From Azolla caroliniana (taxonomy: Eukaryota; Plantae; Polypodiophyta), in contig JBHGNT010000002.1 of NCBI GenBank assembly GCA_043228905.1, positions 18,104,001-18,168,000 of the forward strand: a DNA stretch of 64,000 nucleotides. Reading direction: 5' to 3'. Position numbers and translations under genes: made by a program. Position 1 is the stretch's first letter. Every line of letters starts with the position of its first letter. Under the pieces are notes generated by a model that was not told the origin of the DNA, did not search any database, and was given only the letters and a program-made list of their open reading frames with translations. Shown one piece after another: positions 1 to 11,829 of this stretch.

Positions 1-1688
1 TATGAGAGGGGATCAATAAGACCCAATCCTCCTCTCGACTTAGGTGATGTGAGTATAGGCCATGCCACCTTGGCCCGAGATGCATGATCTTCCTTACCAT
101 ACCAAATGTAGTTGCGTACCAATCGTTGAATTTGGTGTATACTTTCCTTGGAGATTGTCCAACATGATATGTTGTACCATGTTGTTGCGAGTAATACCTA
201 GTTTGCCACTATGATGTGCCCCACTAGCGAGAGTTTTGTCGAATGGAGTGAATAACTAGTGCAATCATAGTCTCCGGAGGTATGTTGAACCCAATTTAGA
301 AACCCAAATATTTGGTGCTCGCTCCTTGATTGATCCACTTGAAAGTGGAATGGGGGTGCCATGTAGGATGTGCTTCATGAGAAAGCCATATTGCATAGAA
401 TTTGTGCCAATTGATCATGACATTGGATCTCTTGCAAAATACATCTAGACCACTTTCTAGCTTTTGTAGATTTTCGAAGTCCCCTTGTAGGTACACAACA
501 GTGTCATCTGCAAATTCTATATCCAGGAGGCTTTGGTCAGCATGCGGCACACGAAGACCACGTAGGTTTAGATGTCGCGAGTTGAGAAAGCTAGAAAATG
601 CTTCAAGGTATACTAGAAATAAGGATGGAGCCAAAGGCCATCCCTGTTGTACAGACCGCGGTATTCGGAAGAAGGGGCCCCGTTCCTATAAAGTTCTACA
701 ATGCCTTGGATCCATTACTCTTGAAAGCCGAGTTTCCCCATCACACTTTCTAGAAAGTTCCAGCATACCCTGTCATATGCTTTCTCAAAATCTAGGAGCA
801 TCACAACTACCTTGTTGTTGGTACGCTTGCAAGGGCTATCCTTCCCAAAAAGAGAAAAGGTTGTCTAGGATGCTCCGATTTCTAACGAAACTTGTCTGGG
901 AAAAATGAATGAGTTGAGGGAGAAGTGGTGCTAAGCAGCGTGCCACGGTTCTTGCAAGCAACTTATTGACAGTATTGAGAAGAGTTATGGGTCGCCACTT
1001 ACTAATGTTGTTGGCACTCCCACCACTTTTAGGAATGAGATGTATCATCCCCTATCCAAATTTCTCTAGCATGTTTCCAAAGGTGATGATCTCGTCTTAT
1101 GCTTGGAGGATGTCTTCTTTAATAGTATCCCAAAGGCACGTGAAAAAGTGAGGGGTGCAGTCGTTGATTCGGGAGCAACTATCTGCATCCAAATCGGAGA
1201 GGGCCTCTCGTATCTTGATGTTTGATAAGGGACGCAAAAGCCATGTATTCATATCTGACGTGACTTTCTCGGGTATGCTCTAGAGGATAATATCTTGTCT
1301 TATGTCTTCCCCTGTGGCTATATTATCTTCAGTAAGTAGTCGCTTATAGTAACTTGTGGCAATATTCCTCATTTCGTCGCTGCCCTCCCTTCCCTTCTAG
1401 GGCCTAGCCTACATAAATGCGGTCGATGCAAGATAGGGTGGGTCCACTATTTCACCCATTTGATTGGGAGAATAAGAGAGAGTCCCTTTTTCGTTGGAAG
1501 TTGTCAGAGTGCCATCTATCTCTCAGGTTAAGGTGTACACATAACTTCTCCCATTGTTTTCGTTTTCTTCCTTGTAGAACTATGGGATTGTTGTTGGAGC
1601 TATTGTGAAGAGATTCGATCATATTAAAATCCCCTCCAATGCACCACTCCTCCGCATCAGCTACTTGTAGGCGAATGCGCTCCCAAAA
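1..1688 (-). mobile_element. Decayed LINE (L1-type) ORF2 fragment, copy 1: endonuclease end + RT, with internal deletions
   Basis: WCIGGDFNMI (APE endonuclease); LIPKSGG..WRPITLLNTVNKLLA..QTSFVRNRSILDNL and EFADDT (non-LTR RT); KYLGF. Runs off the left window edge; near-identical to 38509-40192. Confidence 0.9.
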
Positions 1689-2145
1689 TATTAGAGACAC
1701 GAACTAAAGTAAGCATTAGATAAGGATAGAATATAGATAGAAAAATAGAAAGGAGAAAGAGAAAGAAGGGTGCCGATACACCCGACCACCCCCGACTGAA
1801 GGGATCAAGGCGGACTCGAGCCTCGATTGGTGTCCCATACCACTGCCGTGGCATCGAGTCGTACCTGGTGTTGGCGTGCTCGCTACAAGAGTTGAACCAC
1901 CACAAGACAGAGTCTCGACGTAGTCAACAAGATGATCAAATGAGGGTAGCTAGACCTCTTATTTATAGCAAAACCCAAGGCCCCTACGCAAGTTCACAAT
2001 TGGCCTAATGGGTTGTCTCAATACCGAGGATTAAAAGTAATCCTCCCCTTCTTTACACTCCCGTTTATCCCTCGCAGTTATCCACGTGTATAGAATACTA
2101 TGGTAAATTCTCACCACGGGATATTCTATGGTCATGCCCGTAACA
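1689..2145 (-). repeat. 3' LTR of chromovirus (TGTTA...TAATA), TATA box CTATAAATA
   Basis: Starts TGTTACGGG right after the PPT; ends at the LINE junction; its 3' ~310 bp are homologous to 31737-32074 (inverted). Confidence 0.8.
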
Positions 2146-5100
2146 TACTCACCCTCTTTAAAACATTGCACTCTTGCAATGGAAAGTTAGGGAAGTTAGT
2201 TCTGAGAGAATTTTCGTGTTCGCATGTGGCATCTTTTATTGATTTATCCATCCATTTTATTTTAAATTCTCGGATTTCTTTAGTACGTAATTTTTTTGTT
2301 TTAACATCAAGAATTATTTCTGGTACATGGGGTTTAGAAGATAATTCTTCAAAAGTAACTAGACTTTCAGTCATAACTATATTGTTGCCAGAACCTAGAA
2401 GTTCTTTTAGATGACTCACATGAAAAACTCGATGAATTTCAACACCATCGAGAAGAGCGAGACGATAGGCTGATGACCCAATGCGTTTGAGGACTATAAA
2501 AGGTCCACAAAACCATGGGGCTAACTTAGCGCACTTACCCTTAGACAATGTCTTAGAATTGTGAGGTACACGTAAAAATACCTTCTGTCCAGGGTTGAAT
2601 ACACGAGGTTGCCTATGATGATTGGCATAAAAACGTGTTGTTTCTTGAGCTGTTTTTATATTATCTCGTGCAATATGCAACGTATCTTGCATATCCCGAA
2701 GAAAGTTTTGCGTACTTCGCAACTCATCATAATGTATATTAACATCAATCGGGGCTCGTGGCTAAGAACCATTCATCAACATAAAAGGACTATATCTCGT
2801 CGACGTATGCTTGGAGCTGTTATAAGCAAACTCCAAATTTGGGAGATAACGTTCCCATTTTGTTGGTTTTGCACCAACGTATGCTCGAAGAATGTCCTCA
2901 ATAATTTGATTTACTCGTTCTGTCTGTCCATCAGATTGAGGATGATCCGTGGAACTCATGCTCAATGTAGTTTCTAACTTCTTCAAGACTTGCGTCCAGA
3001 AGTCACTAGTAAACTTTGGATCTCGATCATTCACGATATCCATCGGTAACCCATAAAAACGAAATAACTCGTCAACAAATTGGTAAGCCAATTCAAGAGT
3101 TGTTACCGTGGTTTTAGTAGCAAAAAATCTGGCCATTTTAGTTAGTCTATCAACGACAACCTAGATGGCATCATGGCCTTTTTGGGTGCGAGGAAGGCTA
3201 ACAATAAAATGCATGGATATACTTTCCCACTTATTGTTGGGAATGTCCAAGGGATGTAAAAGTCTTGCGGCTTTAAGTCGCTCGGCTTTGTTAACCTGAC
3301 ATTGGTGACATTTAGTCACATAGCTATGTATGTCGGGGCACATCTTAGGCCAATAGAATTGAGTGGAAATGAGAACGAGTGTACGATGTATTCCAAGGTG
3401 CCCTACTGAGGGTGCATCATGGCATTAAAAAAGAATCCTCTTTTTGACCTTGGGTAAATCTGGAACACAAACCTTCCCATTACGGTAGAGTAGACCGTTA
3501 GCAATGTGGAAGTATTCCTTCGAGGATGTGGTGGTGTCTGTTCTAGACTGAACTCTTGCCCAGTATTTTGCGAAATAACTGTCATCAAGATACTTTCCTC
3601 GAAGGTGATCATACAGATCTGATGTTATTTCAGTGAAGCTAAGCATGTTAACTTAACGGATACGACTTAGTGCATCAACGTCAGTGTTCATGGATCCTTT
3701 ACGATATCGTATGGAAAAATCAAAGTCCTCGATGAGATCAGCCCATCGTGCCTTATGACCTTTCAGGTCTTGTTGGTCACAAAAATATTTGAAGGACTCG
3801 TGGTCCGTAGTTACCAAAAAGCGATTTCGATAAATATAATGGCACCATGTTTTGAGCGCATGTATAATTGCAAATAATTCCTTTCCTTGAACGGTATACC
3901 GACATTGAGCAGAATCAAGTTTCTTACTCTTGAAAGCTATTGGTTTACCATCTTGATATAAGACAACACCTATAGCATAATCACTTGCATCGGTTTGAAC
4001 CTCAAAAGATTTTGAAGGATCGGGTAAAAAAAGTGAAGGAGCCTTGCACACCAGGTCCTTGAGTTCCTTAAAGGCGAGGTCTAGTGTAGCATTCCAGATA
4101 ATAGGTTTTGTAGACTTATGTTGTCGTGCCTTTCGGCGCCGGATCGTTTGCGTGAGTTGGATGGGAACCACTGGGGTTTTGGACTAGGAGAAAGAAGAAT
4201 ATGAGATAAGGCTAGCAATGAATAGGTAGAAAGATAAGTAAGTTATGAATCTCGTGAAACCCACGAGTTTAGTGTATTTCATCAATATTTTGATAGTAAG
4301 AGACAATTTTGATCACAATTTCGTGAATCCCATGAATATATTATATTAATTGGTGTTTTAGGAAATATATCCAATTTCCAAATATTTTTCACACCCATTA
4401 CATTGTGCTCCTCATCCTTATATAGTGATGAGAGAGTCTTCACAATCCTTGCTTTTTCTCTAACTATAGACTATATGCTTTATCTAATATGCTTTTTCTA
4501 ACTTTAGTTTTCATGCACATTGCATGTGCATGATTAGCTTTCTATCCCATCTTTTCTTTTAACTTGAGTGTGTATGCATGAGTAACTTTTTGTACCATGC
4601 ATATCTAGAATATTTACATGGAGGTGCAAGGTTCGAATCTTGCCTATGCATGTAATATATATTTTTATATTTTCTTCTATTTACAAATTTGTCTCTTCAT
4701 CCGGTGAGAGACTCTCACCGGCCTTCTTTATCCGGCTCTTGCCGGTTCTTACCGGGTCTCCTTGCCGATTCCTCCTTCATCCGATTCCATCCAGTTATCC
4801 TTACCGGTCCTCTTCGTCCGCTTCTGACCGACTCTCACCGGCCTTCTTCATCCGGCTCTTGCCGGGTCTCCTTACCGGTTTCGGTCCTTACCGGTTCCCC
4901 CTTCCGGTTCTCACCGGGTACTCCATGTCCTATCCGGAGAGACCAAAAATGTAATTTTTCACGTAGTGTGCAAATTACACTACGACAATGCGTTTGACCT
5001 TTTAGAAGATTAGTAAATGACGTCGTCAATTGGGAGTAATTACGAAGGGATTTTCGCAAAAACCCGACAAAACCAAGGAATGATCAAACTTCTCAAATAT

Positions 5101-7279
5101 TCCGAAGAGTGAGTGGGCCAAAGCTTGATTTTCTCAATGCGAGAAGGATCAATTTCAACTCCTCGTTCAGTTTGAGATGTCCAAGATAAGTAATTGATTT
5201 CTTGAAGAACTCACATTTTGAGATCTTCGCATAAAATTGTTTGTCACAGAATGTTTGTAAAACAAAGCAGACATGTTTAGCATGTTCTTGTAATGTACGG
5301 CTATAAACTAAAATATCATCCAAGAAAAAAACAAGAAATTTTCCAAGTTGTTCTCGGAAAATGTCATTCATTTCTTGTTGAAATGTAGCCGTAGCATTGG
5401 TCAAACCAAAAGGCATAACCAAAAACTCATAATGTTCATAGCGCGTACGAAATGCCGTTTTAGGAATATCGTCCTCACTTATACGAATTTGATGGTAGTC
5501 TGTACGGAGATCAAGTTTTGTAAAATACCAAGCTCCTTGGAGAAGGTCAATTAGATAGTCAGCCCGGGGCAATGGATATGAATTCTTGATCATCACTTTA
5601 TTCAAGCGTCGGTAATTAATACACATACGCCATGTGCCCTCTTTCTTTTTAACCAAGAGAACTGGTGCACCCCATGGAGATTTACTATAACATATATAAC
5701 CCATTCGTAAATAGTCCTTGAGTTGCTTAGATACCTCATCCTCTTCGGATCAACTTAAGCAATAAGGAGGTATACTTATTGGTGCAACGCCAAGTACAAT
5801 ATCTATACGATGGTCTATATTACATTTAGGAGGTAACCCATCTGGTAGTTCACTTGGAAAAACATCACGAAAATCATTTAAGATTTCATCAAGTTGTTGT
5901 TCAAAATATGTTCATTGAACCGAGACATTATCGATATTGTAAACGTGAATGTCCGGATCAAGTACACAATAAAATAGAGTAGAACAAGAAAACTTGGATA
6001 TTGATGGAGAGGAAACAATCAAGAGGGATTGTTTTTTTACACATTGAATAAAATGAGTACAATCGTTTAGTACAAATGTAATTGAATGATGAACCCAATC
6101 AATAGATAAAGAAGAGTTTTTATTATAGAACCAAGGATAACCCAGTATTACATTAGTGGTACAAAGATTCATTACATGGAAGTCTACTTGCTCTATATAA
6201 GTATCAATAGAAATTCCTAATGAATGAATCACCCCGTTGATGTATTGTACTCTTCCATCAGTCAAGTGCATTGTATAGGTGTGATCACTTACGGTGGGTT
6301 GGATTCCCCATATCTAAACCAAACGATCATTCACAAAGTTGTGTGAGCTTCCCAAATCAAACAAAAATTGTACGGGAGATCCATTGATATACCCGTTTGC
6401 ATGTAGTAAATCATTGGGACCCAATACATAGTGAGGGAAAGAACATTGACAATTACTTAAATGATGTGTATAGACCTGAAGGACATTAGGAATCTGACCT
6501 TTATCGTCTCCATCTTTAGCTTTGCTGTCGTACTCTTTCCGTTGGAGCTTTCGACATTGTTCTTTCGTATGACCCTTCTTTTTGAAGAATACGCAAAAAG
6601 GATGTTGTCGCTTATAATCGCGATCCATGAATTCGTTGGGTGTCTTGTGTTTCCCAGCGAATTGCGACTGCTTAATCCCGGGCGCTTCGTTGGGTTTGTT
6701 GTGGTCCTTCTTCGAAGTGCGTTGATAGCGAAGAACTATTTCAACAGCCTCTTCGAAGGATTTTGGATCCTTATCATGCACTATCCAGTGATAGTCCGAA
6801 TTGGGGATGCCATTGACAAAACAAGAGATTAACCAATTGTCCCCTTCTAGACCCGATTTCTAGATTTGGGATCTAGCATGGTGGACATAGTCTTCTAGCG
6901 AGGAAAACTTCCTGCTAGAGATGTTCATTAAAGCTTGTGCTGCCTCGGTTCGAGAGGGAGGTTGCAGAAATTGGCCCTTGAAAACTGTGACAAAATTTAT
7001 CCAGGTATCGGGCAATTTCCCCAAAGTACGGAGCCCATGACACCACGTGGCGGCCTTACCCCCTAGTTCTCGGCCGACATATGCAATCTTCGTACTATCT
7101 GGCGTGGGATAGAGCTCAAAATGAGACTCCCATCGGCCCAGCCACGTGCAGATTGCTTCTTTAGTTCTTTCCTTTTTTTTCTCCCGTAAATGGCTTAACA
7201 ACAAACGATGGTTCACCCTGTCGCTCATCAGGTCTATTAGTCTCACGTTGTAAACTAATGGCACATGCCTCGAGAGCAC
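2132..7279 (-). pseudogene. Fragmented gag-pol of the chromovirus
   Basis: ORF pieces 6860-7279, 6314-6781, 5912-6271, 5093-5704, 3653-4171, 3425-3646, 3161-3343, 2762-3136, 2132-2722, separated by stops and frameshifts. Confidence 0.9.
4122..4987. mobile_element. 866-bp solo LTR inserted between RT and RNase H
   Basis: Termini TGTCGT...ACGACA; flanks ATGT/ATGC (4-bp TSD, 1 mismatch); removing it restores LLKGQTH-KSTKPIIWN; CCGG-rich repeats at 4700-4940. Confidence 0.8.
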
Positions 7280-7640
7280 TTTGAGATTGCCGAAGTTCGG
7301 TCATCTGTTGAGCGGTGAAACTAAGGTATTGGGTTATTTGTGAAAATTACATCTCAATGGACATTTGTCTAGGAGGATTTCCTTGAGTTCCATCCGCTTG
7401 AGCGGATGACATCGAGTTGTTATTTTGAGCCATTGAATGATTATTTCTGGCAAAGAAATAGGATAAGGTCAGACAAATAGTCATAACATCATGTCATGAT
7501 GTAAACATATCATGGGCAAACATTAATCGATATCATGATCTCATGTCAATACCCCTCTAGACGTATCATGACCTCGAAATGCACTTAGACTTCAAGTCTA
7601 AACATGTGGTTTAGTGATATGTATCAACGATGTTGTATGG

Positions 7641-7703
7641 TCTTGGTCATATTTGAACTCAAGACCTTGAGAACAAATGCACTAAACACTTGGGCCAACC
7701 AAG
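7641..7703 (-). other. tRNA-derived (SINE-head-like) segment with A-box and B-box, no normal anticodon arm
   Basis: Minus strand: CTTGGT-TGGCCCAAGTG...AAGGTCTTGAGTTCAAAT..GACCAAG; ends pair like an acceptor stem. Confidence 0.45.
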
Positions 7704-8394
7704 TAGGTTGCTCTTCTTGAATATTTAATGCTTCATTCATATAAGAGATATGCGAGGCATTTGCCCATATATGTTTTTTTAAAAGAAACATATATGTCAA
7801 GAGTCCTTATTTCCCCCTCGTTTACTACAAAATATGTTGGTATGTTACCTAACCTCAAGTCTCGTAATTACGATGGCATACGCAAAAGTGCAACCTAATG
7901 GTCAAGCCAAATAAGCCCTCTTTTCGTAGGAGGCCCACATGACCCATCACATGGTTAGGTCATTATGAATGCCTCTCATAAGAATGATCTCATGGTGGCA
8001 TCGTATCCATGTAACGAGGGAGGGATGTTGGATATGTGTGTCATAGGAGCGACCTCACATGAAGTGGGTCAAGCCCTACATTCTCAACATCATTGTGGCT
8101 ATAGGCATTTCTTTACGTAATAAAATCGAAGTCACCAACGGGAATGTCAACAATAAAAAATTGTTGAGAAAAGGGATGGTGACAACGCCATTCTCACAAA
8201 AATGTGAGGACGGCCACCAAGATCCTTTCCCCGAAAAGGAAAACATTCGATATAAAGATCACGTAATATCAAATATACACATAGGTTTATTTATCACATA
8301 TATACGATCAAATACGTATACACGTGACCACATATGCGTATATTAAAAAAAATCGTAACATCAAATAGCCAACATATGATGAAATCAAGACACA

Positions 8395-8660
8395 TAATTG
8401 AGGCATGTAGCCTCTACGCACACGAAACATCCAAAAATAAAGTTTAATCGTAATACGCAATTGAGGTATTGACCTCATAGGCATACGACACCAAACGCAT
8501 ATCATTTACAACAAAATCGAGGTATTGACCTCATACACATACGTAACATATGTATGTGAGCGTAATACGCAATTGAGGTATTAACATCGTATGCATACGA
8601 CACTAATCACATATTATTTATATGTCAAATGCGGTATTAACCTCGTGCACATATGTAAAC
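8395..8660. repeat. 56-bp-period tandem array with hairpin core GAGGT-ATTG-ACCTC
   Basis: Cores at 8463, 8519, 8575, 8631 (exact 56-bp spacing) and a diverged one at 8400. Confidence 0.8.
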
Positions 8661-8795
8661 GTTTTATATAACCAATTAATTACCACTAGATCATCATTGA
8701 ATCTATAAAAAAAATTACATATTAACCATACACATGATTAAATTGGGAGAAGAAAGAATAGAAAAAACAAGAAAGATTACCGAATTTCCGTTGTT

Positions 8796-10127
8796 GAGGA
8801 TAATATCTTGTCTTATGTCTTCCCCTGTGGCTATATTATCTTCAGTAAGTAGTCGCTTATAGTAACTTGTGGCAATATTCCTCATTTCGTCGTTGCCCTC
8901 CCTTCCCTTCTAGGGCCTAGCCTACATAAATGCGGTCGATGCAAGATAGGGTGGGTCCACTATTTCACCCATCTGATCGGGAGAATAAGAGAGAGTCCCT
9001 TTTTCGTTGGAAGTTGTCAAAGTCCCATCTATCTCTCAAGTTAAGGACCTGTACACATAACTGCTCGCATTGTTTTTGTTCTCTTCCTTGTAGAACTATG
9101 GGATTGTTGTTGGAGCTATCGTGAAGGGATTCGATCATATTAAAATCCCCTCCAATGCACCACTCCTCCGCATCAGCTACTTGTAGGCGAATGCCCGTTC
9201 TGTGCTGCTATTTGGAGCATAAACATTCATGAAATTGTAAGCTATAATTTGTTTTGTTATTGTGGTAGTTGTTCTAATTCTTCCTTTTTGTTTGATGCAA
9301 GGTCATATTTATTCTAATATACAAAAAAACATTATCGGTTTGGAAATGATGCCTCCGTGGTAGACACTAGAAAGCATAGCATTTATGTATTACTTCAAAT
9401 AAAACATATGTTTAAAAACAATCTATTTTGGAGATTGTTGACGAGTCCTCAAGGAATCTTTGGAGGGCATCTTCTGACATAAACCATTGACATTGGAATT
9501 GTTGTTCAACACTATGATTTACACAAAGAATTTCTCTAATATGGTTCTATTTCTCAAACAAACCGTTTACAAATATATTTATGACACGAACAGTTCATGG
9601 AGTATGCTTTACACAATGAACAAAACATTTCCCAAGTATGTCTCAATATAGACCAAAAACGTGAAATGTTTCTTATGGGTAGCACAAGAATCAATTTACT
9701 AAAGTATTGATACCATAAGGAGCTTGGTTTTTTCTTTTAACGTCCCAGCACGGTAATAACGAACACGTCATTATTCAACCACCAAATTGAATGTGATAAC
9801 ATGTAGGCGTAATCAATTCAATAATGCAAAGGGGTATGTATTTGTGATTAGTTGGAGGAAAAAGCAAGATAGAGAGAGGATCATCCCCCAAAACAAAAGA
9901 ACCTCTTTGGGGCACCACCTAAATGGGAAGTACGCTCAAAAGAGCTTGTTTGGGGCCCACATTTTGGGCTGGCTCCCAATAATGTAGGTTTGCGAGTTCT
10001 TTTGTTGGGTGCGACTACATATGTACTAGTTAGTAACTACATACTATTAATGTAGTAACTAGCATGTTGTGGAAAAGCGACCCATCAATTATATACATAT
10101 ACGGTGCATAAATATATATAATAATAC

Positions 10128-10158
<31 letters not shown>

Positions 10159-10554
10159 AAGAGAGGGAGAGAGGGAGAGAGATTATAATAATTGTATTTA
10201 TGGGCATATGTACATATGTATTATGGATGGAAGGAAATCCAATTGACGCGTGGCAAGAGGCTTTAATTCTAGAAAATGCGTAAAGGAAACGCGAGCCCCT
10301 CAAGAAAGGGCATATCTGACCACTCTTCGGTAGACACGTGCCCCCAGCCACTGGCGGTAAATCACGTGAATCACTTTAAATTTATTTATTCTACGTCACA
10401 TATTTGATTACCACGTCCAAGCGAATTTGTTTTTTAAGAAAAATAGATGATGAAGTATGTGTGTACATAGATACATAAATATGTATGGCATAAATAACAA
10501 TAATTAATAATAATAATAATAAATAAATAAGGTATTTAAAGAAGAAATAGGCGG
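8796..10554 (+). repeat. Segmental duplicate of 39795-41568 (LINE remnant + MADS upstream/promoter), no coding sequence
   Basis: Collinear, high identity, including G-boxes and AT/GA microsatellites; stops ~114 bp before the position equivalent to the MADS ATG. Confidence 0.95.
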
Positions 10555-10562
10555 GGGGGTAA

Positions 10563-11829
10563 GAGGAATTATTTGCAGTTATACATGCGCTCAAAACATG
10601 GCGCCATTATCTTTATGCAAATCGCTTTGTGGCAACTACGGACCACGAGTCCTTGAAATATTTTTGTGACCAATAAGACCTGAAAGGTCGTAAGGCACGA
10701 TGGGCTGATTTCATCCAGGACTTTGATTTTTCCATACGATATCGTAAAGGATCCATGAACACTGACATTGATGCACTAAGTCGCATTCGTGAAGTTAACA
10801 TGCTTGGCTTCACTGAAATAACAACAGATCTTTATGATCACCTTTGAGGAAAGTATCCTAATGACAGTTATTTCGCAAAATATTGGGCAAGAGTTCAGTC
10901 TAGAATAGACACCACCACATCCTCGAAGGAATACTTCCACATTGCTAACAGTCTCCTCTACCGTAATGGGAAGGTTTGTGTTCCAGATTTGCCTGGGGTC
11001 AAAAAGAGAATACATCGTACACTCGTTCTCATCTCCACTCAATTCTATTGGCCTAAGATACACCCCGACATACATAGCTATGTGACTAAATGTCACCAAT
11101 GTCAGGTTAACAAAGCCGAACGACTTAAAGCCGCAGAACTTTTACATCCCTTGGACATTCCCAATAATAAGTGGGAAAGTATATCCATGGATTTTATTGC
11201 TAGCCTTCCTCGCACCCAAAAAGGCCATGATGCCATCTAGGTTGTGGTTGATAGACTAACTAAAATGGCCAGATTTTTTGCTACTAAAACCACGGTAACA
11301 ACTCTTGAATTGGCTTACCAATTTGTTGACGAGTTATTTCGTTTTTATGGGTACCGATGGATATCGTGAGTGATCGAGATCCAAAATTTACTAGTGACTT
11401 CTGGACTCAAGTCTTTAAGAAGCTAGAAACTACGTTGAGCATGAGCTCCACGGATCATCCTCAATCCGATGAAAAAAAAAACGAGTAAATCAAATCATTG
11501 AGGACATGCTTTGAGCATACGTTGGTACAAAACCAACAAAATGGGAACGTTATCTCCTAAATTTGGAGTTTGCTTATAACAGCTCCAAGCATACGTCGAC
11601 GGGATATAGTCCTTTTATGTTGATGAATGGTTCTTAGCCACGAGCCCCGATTGATGTTAATATACATTATGATGAGTTACGAAGTACGCAAAACTTTCTT
11701 CGGGATATGCAAGATATGTTGCATATTGCACGAGATAATATAAAAACAGCTCAAGATAGAGCACGTTTTTATGCCGATCATCATAGGCAACCTCGTGTAT
11801 TCAACCCTGGATAGAAGGTATTTTTACGT
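10563..11829 (+). mobile_element. RNase H end-integrase fragment of the same chromovirus family (inverted copy of ~2571-3882)
   Basis: Reverse-complement match (TKCHQCQVNKAERLKAA..HPLDIPNNKWESISM); small deletion at ~11010; cut at 11830 by the next LTR. Confidence 0.92.

Larger units (their letters stand above)
1689..8795 (-). mobile_element. Decayed Ty3/gypsy chromovirus with 3' LTR; 5' LTR not found, 5' boundary uncertain
   Basis: Order gag(7279-6860), CCHC-like knuckle, PR (FDLGSSHNF), RT ([10 protein letters not shown]), RH (TDASDYAIG), INT, chromodomain (EIILD..REFKIKW..DATCE); PPT AAAGAGGGTGAG directly before the LTR. Confidence 0.88.

Noticed and set aside
8395-8660. CRISPR-like palindromic repeats with regular spacing
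   Set aside because: Eukaryotic context, spacers are related to each other (112-bp dimer), no cas genes.
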